Source: an uncultured Chloroflexia bacterium
GTDB taxonomy: Bacteria > Chloroflexota > Chloroflexia > Thermomicrobiales > UBA6265
Assembly (NCBI GenBank): GCA_963751075.1
Contig: CAVVTE010000011.1
Location: 291,177-355,176 of the forward strand
DNA: 64,000 bases
Direction of reading: 5' to 3'
The notes under the pieces were generated by a model. That model was not told the origin of the DNA and did no database searches. It saw only the letters and a program-made list of their open reading frames with translations. Of the stretch, positions 58,971-64,000 are shown piece after piece. The first letter of the stretch is position 1. Every line of letters starts with the position of its first letter. Made by a program: the position numbers and the translations under genes.

Positions 58971-61626
58971 ATGATGGGCGAATTGCCGCGTGGCACCGTC
59001 ACCTTTCTCTTCACCGACGTCGAGAATAGCAGCGCCCTCTGGGAGCGTGACGGTGCGACGATGATGACCGCGCTTGCCCGGCACGTCTCCCTGTTGAGGG
59101 AAACCGTGGAGGCTCACGGTGGGTGTCCTCTTCAAGACCGTTGGGGACGGGACGCAATCTGCCTTTCCGACCGCTCCCGCCGCGCTGAATGCCGCCTGTG
59201 CCGCGCAGCGTGTGCTTCTCGCCGAGCAATGGCCGGACACGCTCGGCCCGTTGCGGTCCTGTATGGCGCTCCACGCTGGCGAGGCTGAACCGCGAGACGG
59301 CGACTACCTCGCCGCTCCACTCAACCGCCTGGCGCGGCTCCTGGGCATGGCCCGCGGTGGTCAGATCCTGGTTAGCGAGGCCGTCGAGCAACTTGCGCAG
59401 GATGGTCTCCCTGTGGGTGGGAGGCTTCAGGAGCTCGGCGAGATGCGCCTGCGCGACCTGAATCGCGCCGAGCGGGTGTTCGTTCTCGTCCACCCGGACC
59501 TTCCGGGCGATATCGCCCTACCATCCGCCTCAGAACAGCAAACCCGGCACTTTCCGCCATCCTTGACCCCGTTCGTCGGCCGCGACGATGAAATTTGCGC
59601 TATCGCGGCGCTGGTGGAGGCGCCGAATGTCCACCTCGTCACACTGACCGGACCCGGCGGCATCGGCAAGACGCGACTGGCCATCCAGGTTGGCGAGCGC
59701 CTGGCTTCGTCGTTCGTGGGAGGAGCGGTATTTGTCGATCTTGCGCCATTGCGTGACCCGGCACAGGTATTGCCGGCGATAGCCACCGCGCTCGGTCTTC
59801 GCGAAGCAACCGGCCGCTCGCTCGTCAACCAGATCCACGGCTTTCTCGCGGAGCGGGAGACTTTGCTGATCCTCGACAACTTCGAGCACCTGCTCGGCTC
59901 GGCGACCATCATAGCCAATCTTCTCGGCGAATCGGACGTCGAGCTCCTCGTCACCAGTCGCGCGCCCCTGCGGCTTCAAGGCGAGCATGAGTACCCGGTG
60001 CCAACCTTACGGCTTCCGAGCGACGCGGAACGAAATGACGCCACTGCGCTTGCGATGAACGAGGCGGTCGCGCTCTTCGTCGATCGCGCCCAGGCGGTTC
60101 GCCCGGATTTCGTGTTGACCGACGCCAACGCCTCCGTGATTGCCGATATCTGCGCGCGGCTTGATGGATTGCCGCTGGCCATCGAGCTCGCCGCGGCCCG
60201 GGTCAAGGTCCTGCCTCCCGCGGCGTTGCTAAGCCGGTTGGAGCGACGGTTGCCATTACTCACGGGGGGCCGGCGTGATGCCCCGGAGCGGCAAAGAACG
60301 CTGCGTGACACCATCGCCTGGAGTCACGGTCTGCTTGCTCCCGAGGAATGCACGCTCTTCCGGCGGCTTGGGGTCTTTGTCGGCGGGTGGACGCTCGAGG
60401 CTGCCGAGGGGATCGTCAATCCGGACGAGGACCTCGACGTTCTGGGAGGTCTCACGACGTTAGTGGAGATGAGTCTTGTCCGCCTCGATGAGTCCGGCGC
60501 AGAGCCGCGCTTCGGCATGTTGGAGACTATCCGCGAGTTTGCCGTCGACCGGCTCAGTGAGGCAAACGAGGACGTCTCGATCCGCGAGCGCCACGCCGCC
60601 TTCTTTCTCGCCTTTGCTGAAGAGGCTGAACCAGAGCTCGTTCGCGCCAACCAGGTTGAATGGTTCGATCGGTTAAGCGCGGACGGCCCAAACATCACCG
60701 CCGTCCTCGGTTGGCTTCTTGAACAGAATCGGATAGAAGAGGGACTGCGGCTATGCGTTGCCATGCGGTTCTACTGGTTCCGGCGTGCGCCGTTCGGCGA
60801 GGGAAGCCGGTGGTTTTCGGCATTCCTGGAGAGACAAGTTCCCACAGTCGCGCCTCAAATCCGGGCCCGTGCGGTCGCCGCCGCCGGCACCTTCAATCAT
60901 TGGTTGGGCAACCTCGACAGGGCACGCGCGCTCTACGAGGAAGCACTTTCTCTGTTCCGAGAGGCCGTGGACCTGATTGGGGAGGCGCGACTCCTCCGGA
61001 ACCTCGCGAGTGTGTCGATCGACCTCGGCAAGCTGGACGAAGCTGAGACGCTTATTCACCAGAGTTGCGAGGTTGCCGAACGGAGTGGCAATCCCCGCAG
61101 TGTCGCCGACGCCATCGGACTGCGCGGAACGCTGGCGTTCGCCCAGGCGGATTATGAGCGCGCGGTGGCCGAGCTCAAGGACGCGAGCGAGCGCTACCGC
61201 GCCCTGGGAGACGTCGCGTCCCTCATGGACGCCACTGGAGACGCCGGGTACATGATGGCATTGCAGGGTGACGTTGCCGGAGCCGGCCGACTATTTGAAG
61301 AGTCTCTGAATCTGGCCGTTGAGCTCGGAGCGCGCGATCGGATCAGCTGGGCGCTTCTTGGCGCCGGGAACCTTGCGGCGAACACCGGTGAATCTGCACA
61401 GGCCGTTCGCCTGCTTGCCGCGGCCGACCTCATTCAGCGGTCCATGCAAGAGGATCTCAGGCCCAGTGTCGACAATATACAGAACCGAATCCTTGAGGAG
61501 CAGCGGCAGAGTCTTGGCGAGACCGCGTACCTGGCGGCCTGGGAAGAGGGTCGTGTCCTTCAGATGGAGCGGGCCGTGGCTGAGGCGCGAGCGGTTATCG
61601 CAACGCTCTCAGCGCGGGTTCGTTGA
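58971..61626 (+). pseudogene. Adenylate/guanylate-cyclase-domain / P-loop NTPase / TPR signal-transduction protein, one 5' frameshift
   Basis: MMGELPRGTVTFLFTDVENSSALWE ... EAHGG, then the +1 frame gives VLFKTVGDGTQSAF (shift near 59120). Walker A GPGGIGKTRLA, LILDNFEH, long C-terminal TPR-like repeats. Confidence 0.8.
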
Positions 61627-61723
61627 CCTTATCTTCCCGTTACGACCCTTTCCAGACTCGGCTCCACCACCCGCAGCCTCGATCAAGAAACAGCCCGGTC
61701 CTCTGAACGACTGAAACATCTGG

Positions 61724-61751
61724 TTGACGGCGATCTCACATTCTATAGAAT
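61724..61751 (+). promoter_or_regulatory. Putative promoter of the GntR gene with an overlapping palindrome
   Basis: TTGACG (61724-61729), 16-nt spacer, TAGAAT (61746-61751). The 10-bp palindrome TTCTATAGAA (61741-61750) overlaps the -10 in an AT-rich island. Confidence 0.4.
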
Positions 61752-61795
61752 ATAGAACTCTTCCTCATCTTCCTATGCTTACGTCGGGGCGACCA

Positions 61796-62545
61796 ATGAT
61801 CGATCTGCCGCCGTTGAGCATTGATTCCTCGCGGTCCGAGCGGGTGTATCTCCGGCTGAAGGAGGCCATCACATCGGTGTCCCTTCGGCCTGGCTCCTCC
61901 CTCGGTGAGGCCGAAGTCGCCCGCCAACTGGGCGTGAGCACAACACCAGTGCGAGAAGCGTTGCAACGCCTCGGGCAGGATGGCCTGGGCGTCCTGAGCC
62001 GGTACCGTGGGGCGACGGTCGCCTAGATTACGGAAACGGATGTCCGGGAAATCTATGAGCTGCGAGATGCGTTCGAACCGATGGCCGCCACCTTGGCCGT
62101 GCCCGTGCTGATCGAGGAGGACATCGCGGAGATGGGCAGCGCCATCGCGCACGCCTCGTCGGCAATTACACGGGGCGAGTGGCGGGAGCTCAGCCATTGG
62201 AACCGGACCTTCCATGGCACCCTGATTCGCCGATGCCAGAACCGCCGTCTCCGGCGAGTATTGGAAACCCTGCAGGATCAAAACCGAATCATCGCCCTCC
62301 TGACATGGGAAGGACGCGGATACGATGAACAGGAGCATGACGAGCACACGATGATCCTGGAGGCCGCATCCCGGCGAGAGCCCGATCTCGCCGCCGAACA
62401 TTTGCGGCACCACATCGCCCGGTTTGGTCGTGACGTTGTGCGGATGTGGGAGCAGCGTTCCACCCATGGCGGACAGGAATCGCCGGGGAGTGCAACGCAA
62501 GTCGGGATGATGACGCTCTCAGAAAGAGAGGGCATTCGAGGATGA
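61796..62545 (+). pseudogene. GntR family regulator (FadR/FCD type) with an in-frame TAG
   Basis: HTH part ERVYLRLKEAI...GEAEVARQLGVSTTPVREALQRL ends at TAG 62024-62026. The FCD domain (ITETDVREIYELRDAFEP ... HDEHTMILEA) continues in the same frame. Confidence 0.8.
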
Positions 62546-63207
62546 GGAGCCGCGTGCCCGGGCGGTGGACCGATCTGGCTCAGGCATTCCGCGGCGTCAC
62601 TGTGACCACGGTTAGCCCCTTCGTTCCGGGTACGCTCGATCTCGACATCGCTGGCTTCGACGCGAATCTCCGGTTTCTGCGGGACTGTGGAGTGTTGGTC
62701 GTCGTCCCTGCCGGGAATACCGGCGAGGTCACGAGTCTGACTACCGACGAGATTGGCGTAATTGCCGAGCGAGCCGTCGCAACCGTCGGATCCCATGCCG
62801 CCGTGGTGCTCGGGGTTGATGGTGACGTGAGAACGACTACGCGCTGCTGTCCATGCCCAGCAAGCGGGCACGGACGGGATCATGATCCAAGACAAGAACC
62901 ACCCCACCCGTTCATGTCCGGCGACGGACTCGTCGCGTATTTGGAGGACTTACGCGCGGCGGTCAGGCCGGCGTTCAATGTCTCCGTCATCAAGCACGCT
63001 ATGGAACTGGTGGGACTTGCTGTTGGCCCGGTGCGTCCACCCCTTTCACCGGTTGACACAGCGACCGCAGCTGCGGTCGCGTCGATGATCCGCGCCTGGG
63101 AGGATGGGCTTGGGTGGTTCATGTCTGCTGGCGTAGCCGTCACTAGCGCACCACGATCCGTGCGCTCGATCCCACCGATAAGGGGAACGGAGGTCGATAT
63201 GGCGTGA
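62542..63207 (+). pseudogene. DapA/N-acetylneuraminate-lyase family remnant (frameshifted, internally shortened)
   Basis: N-terminus GVTVTTVSPF ... VVVPAGNTGEVTSLTTDE and C-terminus SVIKHAMELVGLAVGPVRPPLSP are recognisable. The middle (Lys active-site region) is missing or out of frame. ATGA overlap with the GntR stop. Confidence 0.6.
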
Positions 63208-63275
63208 CTGCAAACTTCCGAAACTGGAATCAGGTGCACAGAGGCTAACGAAAACTTTCTAACATGGAGGACTTC

Positions 63276-64000
63276 AATGAAACGGCAACTTCCTCGTTTG
63301 TCACGTCGATCGTTGCTCGGGGCTGGATTCGGGGCCGTAACTGCTGCCACGATGCGGCTCCCCGGCGTTGGAACTGCGGTTCGGGCCCAGGAAACGACGC
63401 ACCTGGACTTCCATATCTGGCAGTATGGCGTCGAAACCGTCCAAGACAACATCCGACTTTTTGAGGAACTTTACCCCGACGTGACCGTTGCTCTGAGTGA
63501 TGTCTCATGGAATGCCTACCACGAGGCCACGGTGAACCGCCTTCGCTCGAAGACCCCGACCGATGTGCTCTACAACGGTGGAGACTGGCTTGAGGAGTTT
63601 GCGACTGCGGGCTGGGTCGTTCCTCTGGACCAGCACTTCGATTGGGTCGCAGGCTACCAGGACAAAGTGTTCGACTTCGCGTGGCAGGATATGGTCTTCA
63701 ACGATCAGGTCTACGGGTTGCCGTACTACGCTGACACGATCACCTTCATGTACAACGAGAAGATCTTGCAGGACGCGGGCATCTCCGCGCCTCCGGAGAC
63801 GTGGGAAGAGGTGACCGAGCAGTCCCTCGCCCTGAAGGGCAACGGGATGGAGTCCCCGTTCCTGTACGTACTGGCTCAGGACCTGCCAACCGTCTCCGAA
63901 ACCTTTGTCAGCACGGTTTTCGGCCGCGGGGGTGAGCTCATCGATGAGAACGATGATCCCCTGTGGACCGACCCGGAGAGCCCCGCCTATCAGCAGTTCA
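63276..64000 (+). CDS. ABC transporter substrate-binding protein, family 1 (sugar), 3'-truncated by the window edge
   Basis: GGAGGA 5 nt upstream of ATG 63276. TAT signal SRRSLLGAGFGAVTAA. The frame stays open to 64000 by manual translation (...VYGLPYYADTITFMYNEKIL...). It is absent from the ORF track, presumably because it has no stop. Confidence 0.85.

Noticed and set aside
1-64000. tRNA, rRNA, tmRNA, RNase P and SRP RNA genes
   Set aside because: I scanned the intergenic regions by eye for cloverleaf-type acceptor or T-arm patterns and conserved SRP or RNase P motifs and found none. A tRNAscan/cmscan run would be needed for certainty.

Overview
High-GC bacterial chromosomal window. TAT signals, a Gram-positive/Chloroflexi-type LexA box and a PIP-synthase/PimA-like pair suggest Chloroflexota (Thermomicrobia-like) or Actinobacteria, but I cannot assign it from sequence alone. 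I saw no rRNA, tRNA or CRISPR. Main content, left to right:
- a peptide-type ABC permease pair, then bL25/Ctc
- cupin, VOC and TetR genes
- a decayed IS3-family element
- LysM lipoprotein, C-N hydrolase, and a CDP-alcohol phosphatidyltransferase plus GT4 glycosyltransferase pair
- a second peptide ABC operon (2 ATPases, 2 permeases) whose iminopeptidase and substrate-binding genes are broken
- MBL hydrolase, cysteine synthase, HD phosphohydrolase, MFS transporter, proline dehydrogenase, LLM oxidoreductase
- a beta-oxidation-like operon (thiolase, LbH protein, enoyl-CoA hydratase, SDR)
- a secreted protein with three amicyanin-like cupredoxin domains
- acyl-CoA dehydrogenase divergent from FixC-like ETF-QO and a NIF3-like gene
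- GMC oxidoreductase, rhaM, Zn-ADH, and a rhamnose-type sugar ABC operon
- an SOS-box-preceded RepA-like ATPase with iteron-like repeats
- a TAT-signal cysteine-rich peptide region
- an FAD-monooxygenase / kinase / PLP-enzyme / deacetylase cluster
- a large cyclase-ATPase-TPR regulator
- a GntR, DapA-like and sugar-SBP locus running off the right edge

The most striking property is that roughly twenty genes carry frameshifts, in-frame stops or internal deletions while their neighbours are intact. Other items worth a second look are a 16-codon micro-gene with full expression signals, two related 57-58 bp tandem duplications placed exactly at gene 3' ends, and a knottin-like Cys pattern behind a twin-arginine signal.

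All calls come from reading the ORF track and sequence by eye. No database search was run.
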